64,000 nt of DNA, taken from NCBI GenBank assembly GCA_963716395.1, contig OY970309.1:2304001-2368000 (forward strand), in the 5' to 3' direction. The notes beneath the pieces are model-generated. The model was not told where the DNA came from, did not search any database, and saw only the letters and a list, made by a program, of their open reading frames with translations. Both the position numbers and the translations under genes were made by a program. Below, in pieces: positions 10,438-20,770 of the stretch. This stretch comes from an uncultured Fibrobacteria bacterium (GTDB lineage: Bacteria; Fibrobacterota; Fibrobacteria; UBA11236). Positions within the stretch are counted from its first letter, which is position 1. Each line of letters opens with the position of its first letter.

Positions 10438-11519
10438 AATCAAAACCACTCCTCATCCTCGGAATCGCCCTCTGTCTGGTACTCGGCATTTTTGCATTCG
10501 TGAAATGGCGCGGGAGCGGCGGACAAAAATCCACCGACGACGCATCGGACGATAAGGTGCCGACCATGGTCGCCGTCCAAACCGACACGCTCCGGCGGAT
10601 GACGTTGCACAATTATGTGAACGGATACGGAGTCGTGGAAGCCGCACCGGCGGCGGGAAGGAGATCTGCGGCGGGCGGGATTTTAGCCGCGCCGGGCGCC
10701 GGCGTCGTGGCCCAAGTGGATGTGGTCGCCGGTCAGAAAGTGAAAAAAGGCGAGGTGCTGGTGAAATTGAATTCCGCCACGGCAACTTTTGACTATGCCA
10801 AAGCGGAAGTTGAGCGGCAACAACGTTTGTTTGCGCAACAAAATACGTCGCAAAAAAATTTGCAAGACGCCGAAGCGCAATTGGCGTCGCTGGAAGTCGT
10901 CGCGCCGGTTGCCGGCACGGTAACGCGATTGGATGTCCAACCCGGTCAGGCGGTGGATGTCAACGCGCCGGTCGCCGAAGTGATTGATTTAAACCGGCTG
11001 GCTGTGGCGACTAAAATTCCGGAATCACAAGCGGGCGGATTGAAAGTCGGCGAAGAAGTTCAAATTCCGGACGCCGGTGGAAAACCCGCGAACGGGCAGA
11101 ATGCCCCCACTACCACCAAGCTGGCCTATGTCAGTCCCGCGGTGGACGCAACCGACGGAACGATTTCCGCTTGGGCGGTTTTGCCGAAAGACAGCGGATT
11201 GCGTCCGGGAGAATTCGTGCCGGTAAAAATCGTCACCGAAACTCGCAGCGATTGTCTGGTTGCGCCGGACGAAAGCGTGGTGAACGACAATAACGGCAAC
11301 AGCGTGATTGCGCGGGTGAAAGGGGTGGAGGCGACGCAAGTTCGGGTGCAAACCGGATTGCAAGAGGATCATTGGATCGAAATCACCGGAACGAATTTGC
11401 AGGCGGGCGATTCCGTGGTGACCGTCGGTGCCTACGGTTTGCCGGACCAGACCCAGATCAAAATCGTCAATCCGCCGGCGGATAGGTCCTCGGCAACCCC
11501 TTCCGTTGACGCGCAATGA
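10434..11519 (+). CDS. RND efflux membrane fusion protein
   Basis: N-terminal TM, lipoyl halves (VVAGQKVKKGEVL; VVAPVAGTV), LRPGEFV, VQTGL; ATGA overlaps on both sides. Confidence 0.9.
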   Translation: MKSKPLLILGIALCLVLGIFAFVKWRGSGGQKSTDDASDDKVPTMVAVQTDTLRRMTLHNYVNGYGVVEAAPAAGRRSAAGGILAAPGAGVVAQVDVVAGQKVKKGEVLVKLNSATATFDYAKAEVERQQRLFAQQNTSQKNLQDAEAQLASLEVVAPVAGTVTRLDVQPGQAVDVNAPVAEVIDLNRLAVATKIPESQAGGLKVGEEVQIPDAGGKPANGQNAPTTTKLAYVSPAVDATDGTISAWAVLPKDSGLRPGEFVPVKIVTETRSDCLVAPDESVVNDNNGNSVIARVKGVEATQVRVQTGLQEDHWIEITGTNLQAGDSVVTVGAYGLPDQTQIKIVNPPADRSSATPSVDAQ

Positions 11520-14500
11520 ATTCCAGCTCTTCTTCGCGCCTGGGCCGGTTCGCGACGCATCACGCGATTTCCATCGTGTTCGTCGCCATCGTGCTTTGTC
11601 TCGCCGGAATTTTTTCCGCGCTGAGAACGCCCTCGTCGGTTTTTCCGCAAACGAATTTCCCGCGTATTGTCGTCATCGTCAACAACGGTATCATGCCCGC
11701 CAAGGAAATGATGGCGACGGTGACGCGGCCAATCGAGGAAGCGATGAAAAGCATTCCCGGCGTCACCTCGGTTCGTTCTTCCACGACCCGCGGTTCGGCC
11801 ATCGTGAATGTGATTTTTACTTGGGGCACCGACATGCAGAAATCCGAGCTTTACGTGCTCGGCAAGCTTTCGGGAATTCGCGGTGATTTGCCGGCCACGG
11901 TCTCCACCGATGTTTCGCGCGTCGCCTTTTCCTTGAGCTATCCCATCATCGGCATCAGCCTGACCAGCGATACGCGCAGTCAGATGGATTTGTGGGACAA
12001 GGCAAATTACACCATCAAGCCGCTCTTCCTGCAAATACCCGGCATTGCCAACGTGGATATTCTCGGCGGCCAGGAGCCGGAATATCGCGTCGTGGTGGAT
12101 CCGCTGAAATTACAGGCGACGCATCTCGGCTTGCAGGACGTGAGCCAGGCGCTGACGCAAAACAATCTGGTCGCCGCCGCCGGAATGGTCGTCGAAAACT
12201 ATCATCTGTATTTGACGACGGTGGACGGCCGGGTCCATTCGCCCGAAGACATCGGCAACGTGGTCATTGCCGTCCGCGACCATCATCCGATTCAAATCAA
12301 AGACGTGGCGTCGGTCGCACGCGCACCGGCGCCGGTTTACACGGACATCACCGCACAAGGCCGACAGGCGGTGCTTTTCAACATTGAAAGCCAGCCGGAT
12401 GCCAGCGTGTTGCAAATTGCCACCGCCTTGAAAAAAGATTTGCAACAGTTGCATCAGGAATTGCCGCCGGATATGCACCTGACGTTTTTTTACGATCAAT
12501 CGCAATTCGTGCAAGATTCGATCCGTAGCGTCTGGAGCGCGATCATTTTCGGCCTGATTCTCTCCATCGGCATCTTGTATTTCTTCCTGAAAAACTGGGG
12601 CAGCGTCTGGACGGCCATCGTCACGATTCCCATTTCGGTGCTCATCACCTTCGTCGTTATGAAACTCGTCGGTATGAGTTTCAACATGATGACGCTGGGC
12701 GGCATCGCGGCGTCCATCGGGTTGATTATTGATAACGCGATTGTCGTCGTTGAGGCCATGTGTCATCGCATCGTCGCCGGACGGCCACGGATGGAAGGCA
12801 TTCACGCGGCGATGGGTGAAATTTCCAAGGCGCTTATCGGCTCGACGTTGACGCCGGTGGTGGTGTTTTTACCGCTGGCGTTTTTGAGCGGCATGGCCGG
12901 GGTTTTTTTCCGTGCCCTGGGCTTGACCATGGTCGTGTCCTTACTTGTGTCCTTGCTATTGGCCATTACGCTGACGCCGTCGCTGGCGGCGTGGTTGATT
13001 CGCGGTCGAACCCAAGCGGTTGCCACCGCTGAAGAAGGTGGATTTTTGCTAAGGCCGATATTGCGGATTTATGAAGCGTCGGTGCGCTGGGCGTTGCGTC
13101 ACGCGTGGCTGACGCTGCTGGCGTGTGGAATGATTTTCGTCGCGAGCCTCTTCATTTTCCGGCAATTGGAAACCGGCTTTCTGCCGGATTTTGACGAAGG
13201 CGGGTTCGTCATGGATTACACTGCGCGGCCGGGCACGAGTCTCGCCGAAACCGCGCGCATTTTGGATGAAGCGGAAAAAAGCATTCGCGCCAATGCCGAC
13301 GTGGAAGGCTATTCGCGTCGGCTGGGCGCACAGCTTGGGCCGTTTATATCCGAACCCTACGTGGGCGATTACCTTATCAAGCTCAAAGCGAATCGCAAAC
13401 ACACCACCGAAGAAGTTCTGGCCGCGATGCGGCATGATTTCAACCGTCGCTTCCCGATGGTGCAATGGGATTTCCACGGTTACTTGGATGATTTAATCGG
13501 CGATTTGCAAATGGCGCCGACGCCGGTTGAGGTCAAATTGTTTTCGCCGGACATGGCCTGGCTGAAAACGAGCGCGCCGCGCATCGCGGATCAAATTCAG
13601 CAAATTCCCGGGGTGGTGGACGTCTTCAACGGCCTGACGGAAAGCGGGCCTTCCATTAATCTGCGCGTGCGCCCCGCGGACGCAGAACGCTTCGGCCTGA
13701 CCACCCAATCCATCGCCGATGCCGTGAATACCGCGCTGCTCGGGGAAGTTTCGTCCTATGTCCTGAAAGGCGACCGGGTCATCAACATCCGCGTGGTGGC
13801 CGAGCCCAAAAGCGTGAACACGATTGCCAAACTGCGCAATTTGCCCATCCGCACGCCGGAGGGCGCCGTCGTGCGCGTGGAGCAAGTCGCCGACTTGAGT
13901 ATTGCGCCGAACGAAGTGGAATTAAACCGCGAAGATTTGCGGCAGGACGACATCGTTTCCGCACGGCTGGAAGGTGTCGACCTCGGCACGGCGATGCATG
14001 AGATCCAGTCCAAATTGAGGCGGGACAGTTGGTTGCCGCCCGGCTCGGTGGAATACGGCGGGCTTTATCATTTGCAACAACAATCGTTTCGCAACTTGTT
14101 GGCCGTACTGCTGGCGGCCATCTTGCTTGTGTTCACCATGCTGCTGATTGAATTCCGTTCGTTCTACGAACCGATGGCCATCGTCTTCGGCTCCGTGCTG
14201 GCCTTGTTCGGCGCGTTGGCGGCTCTGTGGATTACCGGAATTTCGCTCAACATCATTTCCTTTCTCGGCATGATTATCGGCGTCGGCATCGTCGCCAAAA
14301 ATGGCATTCTCGTGCTGGATTATTTTCAACAACTGCGCGCGCAAGGCGTGGAACTTGTCGAGGCGCTGGTGCAGGCCGGCCATCGTCGCTTGCGTCCGGT
14401 GTTGATGACCTCGCTGGCGGCGGCGCTGGGCATGTTGCCGTTGGCCTGGGGCGCCGGCACCGGCGCGCAAATGCTCCAGCCGCTCGGCATCGCCGTGATC

Positions 14501-14620
14501 GGCGCGCTGTTCATTTCCGTGGTGCTGTCGCTCATCACCACGCCGGTCGTGTATTATTTGCTGATGCGAATCCATCTGCGGTTTTTGAAAAAGCATCCCG
14601 CGGGTGAATTGGCAACTTGA
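11516..14620 (+). CDS. RND efflux permease (AcrB/CzcA superfamily)
   Basis: 1034 aa; VTRPIEEAM, MTLGGIAASIGLIIDNAIVVVE, FLPDFDEG, GIVAKNGIL, RLRPVLMT. Confidence 0.93.
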   Translation: MNSSSSSRLGRFATHHAISIVFVAIVLCLAGIFSALRTPSSVFPQTNFPRIVVIVNNGIMPAKEMMATVTRPIEEAMKSIPGVTSVRSSTTRGSAIVNVIFTWGTDMQKSELYVLGKLSGIRGDLPATVSTDVSRVAFSLSYPIIGISLTSDTRSQMDLWDKANYTIKPLFLQIPGIANVDILGGQEPEYRVVVDPLKLQATHLGLQDVSQALTQNNLVAAAGMVVENYHLYLTTVDGRVHSPEDIGNVVIAVRDHHPIQIKDVASVARAPAPVYTDITAQGRQAVLFNIESQPDASVLQIATALKKDLQQLHQELPPDMHLTFFYDQSQFVQDSIRSVWSAIIFGLILSIGILYFFLKNWGSVWTAIVTIPISVLITFVVMKLVGMSFNMMTLGGIAASIGLIIDNAIVVVEAMCHRIVAGRPRMEGIHAAMGEISKALIGSTLTPVVVFLPLAFLSGMAGVFFRALGLTMVVSLLVSLLLAITLTPSLAAWLIRGRTQAVATAEEGGFLLRPILRIYEASVRWALRHAWLTLLACGMIFVASLFIFRQLETGFLPDFDEGGFVMDYTARPGTSLAETARILDEAEKSIRANADVEGYSRRLGAQLGPFISEPYVGDYLIKLKANRKHTTEEVLAAMRHDFNRRFPMVQWDFHGYLDDLIGDLQMAPTPVEVKLFSPDMAWLKTSAPRIADQIQQIPGVVDVFNGLTESGPSINLRVRPADAERFGLTTQSIADAVNTALLGEVSSYVLKGDRVINIRVVAEPKSVNTIAKLRNLPIRTPEGAVVRVEQVADLSIAPNEVELNREDLRQDDIVSARLEGVDLGTAMHEIQSKLRRDSWLPPGSVEYGGLYHLQQQSFRNLLAVLLAAILLVFTMLLIEFRSFYEPMAIVFGSVLALFGALAALWITGISLNIISFLGMIIGVGIVAKNGILVLDYFQQLRAQGVELVEALVQAGHRRLRPVLMTSLAAALGMLPLAWGAGTGAQMLQPLGIAVIGALFISVVLSLITTPVVYYLLMRIHLRFLKKHPAGELAT

Positions 14621-14649
14621 TCAGCCCAAAGGACAATTCCTAAATCAAA

Positions 14650-16092
14650 CTAACGGGCATGTTTTTCTCTTTTGCCACGATTATTTGCGGGGCGGCTCCA
14701 ACCCCTGTAATTAAACCGAGGTTGAAATTTTCGTGTTGTATTTGAAGTCGGAGTTGTCCTTTGCCATCCATTATGGTTGGGCGGCCTGAAATTTTCGTGG
14801 GGCCGCGGCGGCCGCTGGGCTTGCGGGATGGGGCGCCTTCCTGGATTAATAGACCGCGGGGGAATTTCCGAATTCGTTTCGCCCCTTCTTTGCCATCCGT
14901 GAAACTGCTGGTCTACGTGGTTCGGCCTTGCAAAATCCTGTTTTTCCTGAACGGCATTTCGTTGTACTCCCCTCTGAATATCGCGACGGTGGGGTGGGCT
15001 CCCGGATGAAATGGAAAGCGGACGCATTTTTTCCAGATTTACCCTTTCGCCGCCATGATGCGGTGATGTCCAAATACCCGTAGATCGCGAATCCCGATGG
15101 TTCCAACCTGAATGATATCTCTCTTCAAAATGGTTCTCCCACCCTTCATCCCGCCGGTGCTCCCAACGCTCATGCACGAACACCGGGTCATATCCCAATC
15201 CCCGCGATTCAAAATCGAAGGAAGCATAGAACCCCCGATGCAAGGAGGCGTCGGAGTAGTAATCTCCGAAATAATAATGGTCGTCATCTGACCGAAGAAA
15301 AAGATGGTTGGGAAGTACGGCTAAATCAATTTCATCGTGAGGACGATAACGATAATGTCGCCATCCGTGATCATGATGTTCGAAATAAACCGGCGCAAAG
15401 AGAACGCCGCGCCGGTCAAAGGCATAATCCCAATATCCGCCGACGAATACGTAACCATTCGGAGTCCAGCTATAATAGCTGGGGCACCAATCCCAATCAG
15501 CCTCTCCTAACATCCAATAACCGGGGCTCCAATCGTACCTGCCTTGAGTCCAAACCCAGCATCCCGGCACCCAGACATAATCATCGGAAGGCGCGGGAAG
15601 GTCGGGCCCGTCCTCCAGCGTGGCCGGAGGATCCGGTAAATAAACGGTGGCCGTGCTGTCGGCGGCATCCGCCCAATAACCGGAAACCCATTGATATCCT
15701 CCGACGACTTTGACCCATTCACCGGATACCCACTGTCGTCCCGGTGGTGTCGCCCGCCAGATGCCGCTCACCCAAATAAAGTCGTGGCGATCCACATCCC
15801 AAGCCCAGTAACCCGGAATCCAGACCACATGGTCACCTTCCGGTTTTACGGAGGGAGGAATTTCGCGGATGTTTTCCGGAGGTTTTTTCGGAACGACGCT
15901 TCCCGGCGTGGGTTGGTAGGATTCGGCTTCTGCAAAGGCTTCGTGAACGGGACCGCTCGTTAAGGTTTGCTCCTGGGAGACCGGTGTATCGGTCGAATCG
16001 GCAAAGGAAAAGATTATTCCCTGGCCCAGGCAAAACCAGAATACGCTGATTGCCAGCGAGAGTTGCCGAAATGGGATGGGCGACGCATACAT
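14650..16092 (-). CDS. YXWGXW-repeat secreted protein with His/Arg/Pro-rich tail
   Basis: GPVHEAFA, then repeats WIPGYWAW, IWVSGIW, QWVSGYW, VWVPGCW, DWSPGYW, FVGGYWDY. Start uncertain: ATG16092, or in-frame ATG16362 with a GGGAG RBS. Confidence 0.75.
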   Translation of the reverse strand: MYASPIPFRQLSLAISVFWFCLGQGIIFSFADSTDTPVSQEQTLTSGPVHEAFAEAESYQPTPGSVVPKKPPENIREIPPSVKPEGDHVVWIPGYWAWDVDRHDFIWVSGIWRATPPGRQWVSGEWVKVVGGYQWVSGYWADAADSTATVYLPDPPATLEDGPDLPAPSDDYVWVPGCWVWTQGRYDWSPGYWMLGEADWDWCPSYYSWTPNGYVFVGGYWDYAFDRRGVLFAPVYFEHHDHGWRHYRYRPHDEIDLAVLPNHLFLRSDDDHYYFGDYYSDASLHRGFYASFDFESRGLGYDPVFVHERWEHRRDEGWENHFEERYHSGWNHRDSRSTGIWTSPHHGGERVNLEKMRPLSISSGSPPHRRDIQRGVQRNAVQEKQDFARPNHVDQQFHGWQRRGETNSEIPPRSINPGRRPIPQAQRPPRPHENFRPPNHNGWQRTTPTSNTTRKFQPRFNYRGWSRPANNRGKREKHAR

Positions 16093-16420
16093 GGGTTTAC
16101 TTCTTTTTAACCCTACCCTGAATATACTCGGAACCGAGAGCCCCATGAGCTTTCGTTTCAAAATGATGGGGTTTCGAGGCGGTGTATCACCGGCTGGAAA
16201 GAAAACGTTACACGCCGAATCATCGTCGGAGACGAAGGTAAAAGCGCCGCTCAACGAAAAGCACATAGACCACCGCCGGAATTTTTTCCCTGCGCTACCA
16301 GTTGGGCATGGGAAGCGGCGGTTGGGGGCGAGAAGCAGGAAGCAGGCGAGTTTCGAGTTCATGGTTATCTCCCGATGAATTGTTGTTCCTGTCGTTCTGG
16401 CGACGGAGTGTTTTGGAAGT

Positions 16421-17056
16421 TCAGTGTTGCACCCCGCGTTGCGGGGCGGAACGTCCATGCGGGGCATGGAAAGGATTTTGCCTGCCTGTATTTCTCCCGT
16501 AAGATCGGCCGTCGTGATTCTCGGAATCATAACCGTCGCGGTTTCTATGATCGCCGCGATATCCGCCGTTGCCTTTTATTTCACGGTCATCGCCTCGGCG
16601 GCGGTGGCCGCCCTGCCGGGAGTTATCGTGATATTCATCGCGATATCTGCGCGAATACTCACCATGACGGTCAAAGCCGCCGCGCCGCATTTCGATGCGT
16701 CGTTCCGGACGCCGTTCAATTACCCAGACGCGGCGTCCATGCACGATGCGCAGCATACGGTAGGGATGATCCACCACCAGCACACGCGGGTTGACGGCAT
16801 CGCAACTTGGGGATGCGTATTCTATCGGCGCCGTAGTTTCCTCGGTCACAATTTGTGGTTGATCGCCATCGTCCCATGTTTTGGCGATGGTGACTTGAGC
16901 ATGGGGAAGACCGAAGGATATGGCGATCCCGCCGTCTGCGCGCGCGGGTGTTGCGGACAACAACGCGGCGGAGGCAATGCCGGCCAACAAGCCGGCGACG
17001 GTTCGGCCTTGGATTAAACCGGCCCAATGGGACTGGGTTTGGTAGTGAGTTTTCAT
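16421..17056 (-). CDS. Hypothetical secreted protein with low-complexity R/G/D/H-rich C-terminus
   Basis: GGAGG RBS before ATG17056; signal peptide ending PARA. Confidence 0.6.
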   Translation of the reverse strand: MKTHYQTQSHWAGLIQGRTVAGLLAGIASAALLSATPARADGGIAISFGLPHAQVTIAKTWDDGDQPQIVTEETTAPIEYASPSCDAVNPRVLVVDHPYRMLRIVHGRRVWVIERRPERRIEMRRGGFDRHGEYSRRYRDEYHDNSRQGGHRRRGDDREIKGNGGYRGDHRNRDGYDSENHDGRSYGRNTGRQNPFHAPHGRSAPQRGVQH

Positions 17057-17440
17057 AAGACGCCTCCTGGTCTTTGGTTTGGAATAGTTCATACCCCAGT
17101 CAAAACAAGATTCGGGCCAATTCGAGAAACACCGATTTTGGCCAAAACGCAGGTTCTGATGCGAAAAACCGCCCAACATCTTTACAGGTGTCCACCCCTT
17201 GGGGAGGTGTGGCGGTTCAGTCTTTTAAGGCTTGCCGTGAAGCCGAATCAATGGAAAAGTGAACGCTGAGGGACGAAAACAGGATCTGGTCGAATTCGAA
17301 ACCTTACAGCCCCCGAAAGGGGATCCATGAGTTGGCGTGAATGTTCGGTCGCAAACTGGATGTGTGTTCTCAGAACATTCCCAATTCGGCTCTCCCTTTC
17401 TCTTTCAAAAAGGGAAAAGGTGGTTACGAATCGTTCTGGG

Positions 17441-17492
17441 CGGCACTTTTTTGAAGTGCCCGGAAGTGGCTTATTTTAAGTGCCCACTCACA
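17441..17492 (-). mobile_element. Orphan IS21-family-like terminal repeat
   Basis: Minus strand TGTGAGTGGGCACTTAAAATAAGCCACTTCCGGGCACTTCAAAAAAGTGCCG: TGT terminus and a repeated GGGCACTT(A/C)AAA unit. No transposase present. Confidence 0.6.
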
Positions 17493-17523
17493 TCACGACT
17501 AATTTTAAGATGGCCTCTGGGCA

Positions 17524-18546
17524 TTACTTGGTATACAACACAAGCTGCGGGCCGTATAGTTGGGGTGATACAAAATCCTTGGAAAACATGTAAAGAGTTG
17601 CCGCAGTCTTGGATTCTATGGCGATGGAGAGAGTATCGGAAACGGCGACAGAATCGGAGAAGAACCGAGTTACATCCAGCGTCATCAAACCGATGCTGTC
17701 AAGCGGGAGGTAGTGATCTGCGGCTGTGGGAACAAACCCTACCGAGGAGTCAACAATCTGAAGCGAGTTTCGCAGAGCAGTGGAATTACTCCATCTAATT
17801 CCGCTTGCCGAAGCTGGATTCATACTGCCTGCAGGCGGTACATATTGAGGAAAATCTTCATAGGCAACGTCATAATTGTTGTGCTTCGCTCCGTCGAAAT
17901 AATACCAGTTCCCGGCTCCCTCGGCCCATGATCCAGAAACCGAACAGGTATACAAGAGGTAATCGGTCGCCGCTGGAGAAGCCATTCCGTGAAGTACCAA
18001 TTCCGCTTTTTGGATTTTTTTTCCGGCCAATGTGCTTTTGATGCCGGTGAAGCCCACCAACACAATGCCGTCCGGATACAACCGCAAGTCAGATCCCAAT
18101 CCGACATTCCAATCCTCAGAATCAATACCCACGTCTTGCGCCGCATAAATCGTTTTGGGAGAGGTTGGGGCCACCTTACCCACATCGCATTTGCCATCCA
18201 ATTGTATTCCGGAAATGGAAACGGTTTGCGTATCGCTGTCTTTTTTAAAAGAACACTCCAGATTATAGCGCCCCATTTTCAAAGTTGAGAATTGAAAATG
18301 ACCCACATCATCTGTTCTTGACGAATCGAAAACGCCAACATTTTCAATCGCCGTTTTGGCAAGACCAGTATCCATCGGGGCGGAAGAGACCAACACCAAG
18401 GCCTCGGAAACGGGATTTCCCTGCAAATCCAAAATGGTGCCGGAAAGCACCTCGTTCGAATCGCCAGCTCCCCTTGAGGAGAAGAGACAGGCGTTGAAAA
18501 CAGATAAAATACAGATGCAAGTTAAATAACCGATCCCATTTTTCAT
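17524..18546 (-). CDS. Lipoprotein with carboxypeptidase-regulatory-like domain and a DNRLRE/CBM96-like beta-sandwich
   Basis: Lipobox FNAC; LSGTILD..GNPVSEALV...TDDVGHFQF...GRYNL; KIQKAELVL, LDVT, FSKD...PQLVLY. Confidence 0.6.
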   Translation of the reverse strand: MKNGIGYLTCICILSVFNACLFSSRGAGDSNEVLSGTILDLQGNPVSEALVLVSSAPMDTGLAKTAIENVGVFDSSRTDDVGHFQFSTLKMGRYNLECSFKKDSDTQTVSISGIQLDGKCDVGKVAPTSPKTIYAAQDVGIDSEDWNVGLGSDLRLYPDGIVLVGFTGIKSTLAGKKIQKAELVLHGMASPAATDYLLYTCSVSGSWAEGAGNWYYFDGAKHNNYDVAYEDFPQYVPPAGSMNPASASGIRWSNSTALRNSLQIVDSSVGFVPTAADHYLPLDSIGLMTLDVTRFFSDSVAVSDTLSIAIESKTAATLYMFSKDFVSPQLYGPQLVLYTK

Positions 18547-18612
18547 GTTTCCGCCCATTGTTTGTTGTTCAAACTGTAGCAGATATTTTAACATAGAAAT
18601 TGGACACCCAGT

Positions 18613-19029
18613 TCAGATTTTTAATAAGCGGGCTAAATCATTTTCTCCTTGCACCACGGCCAAGGCGTAAACTGTGATTTGTCCGGGCATTTGCGCGTTC
18701 ACAGCGGCGCCTTTGGAAATCAAAAGTCTGGCGACTTCGGTATGATGTCCCCAAATCGCATCCATCAGGGCGCTATTCCCGCTCTCGTCTTGGGCGTTTA
18801 TGTTCGGCCCCTCTTCTAACAGGTACTGCACGATATCTAAATCGCCATCCAACGCCGCCTACTGCAAGGGCGTCCAGTTGATCGTAACTTGCGTATTTAC
18901 GTTAGCGCCATGTTGAACCATGGCCTTGATTTCAGGTAAATTTGCGGTACGGACATTATAAAAAATGCTATCGATTTATGCTTGAAAGATTATCGGAATT
19001 GAAAGCAAGATTAAAAATAAAATTTTCAT
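18613..19029 (-). pseudogene. Secreted ankyrin-repeat protein with two in-frame stops
   Basis: One frame from ATG19029 (GGAGG RBS): MKILFLILLSIPIIFQA*IDSIFY...HGANVN...WTPLQ*AALDGDLDIVQYLL...SALMDA...LLISKGA. TAA at 18976-18978, TAG at 18859-18861. Confidence 0.75.
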
Positions 19030-19188
19030 AATCCCCTCCCATGTTCCTTTTGAAGCCTGGTAATAAATTACATGTTTGAAAGGTGAGTATTGTACAAGAT
19101 TAAATTATATTAATTGACAAGAAGGCGCGTGAAATGTGTGATTTTGAATAATCAGATTAACTTTCTCCATTGTTAAAGAAAAATTCAG

Positions 19189-19410
19189 ATGAATTTTAAA
19201 GTCTTTGAGATATTTCTTGAAGCCGGGATCATCCTGAGCCCCATCGCCGCGTTATTGGCTTACATCATTATCTACATCGAATATGCTCGGCATTATCAAA
19301 CAAAAGACAAAACCAGAAAAATCGCTTTTCAATTCGCAAAAACGGCTTTTATTTTTTTCTTTGTTGCAACTCTGATTTCCGGTATTTTGATTTCTCTTGT
19401 ATATTCCTGA
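19189..19410 (+). CDS. Small hypothetical membrane protein (2 TM)
   Basis: 73-aa ORF with two hydrophobic helices in AT-rich DNA. Confidence 0.55.
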   Translation: MNFKVFEIFLEAGIILSPIAALLAYIIIYIEYARHYQTKDKTRKIAFQFAKTAFIFFFVATLISGILISLVYS

Positions 19411-19656
19411 ATCATGGCGCGCTCATTAAAAATTGCTTTCTAGGTTATTTTTGTGAACCCAGGGTGAATGCGATTTGAGGAAAATACCGCGGGCATCGCT
19501 GTCGGGCGGCATCGGAAAATAAGTCGCCCAACGCTTCCATGTAAAACCAAGATACTTGTCGGAGATGCGATGACGGGCGCCTCGCAGGCTACGTTCCTGC
19601 AAATGGACGAGGACTGCCGATAACATTTTCTATTTTTAATAAATACCATTAGTTCA

Positions 19657-20043
19657 TCAAAATCCGAAATATTTTATTGGATTACTATAATGTTTTCACA
19701 AACCCTTGGAACTGCACTCGGGGACTGGAAGGCAGATTCGATAGGGTTGGGGTATGTCGGCGGAGCCGCCATATTTTCAGGATTGCTTTTACTCGTTGCG
19801 GCCGGCTATTATTGGTCGAAGGTTTCCAGGACCATGCTTTTTTGCACGGCATTTATTCTTGCCAGACCGCTTGTCTCTGTGGTTGGTGATTATCTTGACA
19901 AGCCCCATTCCAGGGGCGGTTTGGCGTTGAGCCGGTATTCTGCGTCAGCCGTAATTCTTGTCTTTATCGTGGTTTGTATCTTTATTTTTCCGCAAGGGCC
20001 GCGGAAAAAGTCATTAAACAAGATTGAGCGCGTATACAGATAA
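19657..20043 (+). pseudogene. C-terminal half of a COG4705/DUF347 membrane protein
   Basis: KSEIFYWITIMFSQTLGTALGDW...AFILARPL..VVGDYLDKP..GGLALSRYSAS; the N-terminal repeat and a start are absent. Confidence 0.7.
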
Positions 20044-20180
20044 AAAAATCAATTGAACACGTAGTAATTATTGCAAATTTGAGAAACCATTTCTATCTCA
20101 AAACAAATACACTTGGAAAAATTACTTATCCGTGGCTAAAATTGCCTGAACCTCAATAGTTGGGAATTGGATTTAATAAA

Positions 20181-20600
20181 ATGAATACTTGGTGGTTTTA
20201 CGCCCTGTTGTCCGCATTCTTTGCCGCCTTGACGGCAATCCTCGCCAAAATTGGAATTAAAGGTGTCGATTCCGATCTGGCCACAGGAATCCGAACTGTG
20301 GTGATTCTATTCATTACGTGGGGAATAGTTTTCTTTAAAAAATCGGGCGCAAGCATATTTTCCTTATCAAGACACAGTTTGATTTTCATCTGCGCTTCCG
20401 GAGTTGCAACGGGTATTTCCTGGTTGTTTTATTTTCGGGCGCTTCAGTTGGGGAAGGTCTCCCTGGTCGCTCCCATTGACAAAGCAAGTCTGGCGATTAC
20501 GATTTTACTTTCGGTTTTATTTTTGGGTGAAACGTTGACGCTTAAAACATCAATCGGGGCGGTTCTTATTTTGGCCGGAACCTTAATTCTGGTTCTATGA
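20181..20600 (+). CDS. EamA/DMT family transporter (COG2510-type)
   Basis: YALLSAFFAALTAILAKIGIKGVDSDLAT.IRT, SWLFYFRALQLG.VS.VAPIDK. Confidence 0.9.
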   Translation: MNTWWFYALLSAFFAALTAILAKIGIKGVDSDLATGIRTVVILFITWGIVFFKKSGASIFSLSRHSLIFICASGVATGISWLFYFRALQLGKVSLVAPIDKASLAITILLSVLFLGETLTLKTSIGAVLILAGTLILVL

Positions 20601-20770
20601 TGTCGGAAATAAAGTATTAATTTAAAAATGGGAAACCTTATTCAAAGAAAGGCCCCCGTTTTCCTTGAAACTCTGACCTATTCCGCACACTTGGAGGTAC
20701 AGCTTTAACGGAAGCAATGAAGTTTGCAATTCGTGAGAAAACCATTACTTTTTTGGGATAAAGGAAGTGC

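Noticed and set aside
18859-18861. Pyrrolysine or stop-codon recoding at the ankyrin TAG
   Set aside because: A TAA is also in frame and no pyl machinery is seen; simple decay is more likely.
19426-19649. Short minus-strand ORFs between pseudogenes
   Set aside because: No motif or RBS support; probably debris.
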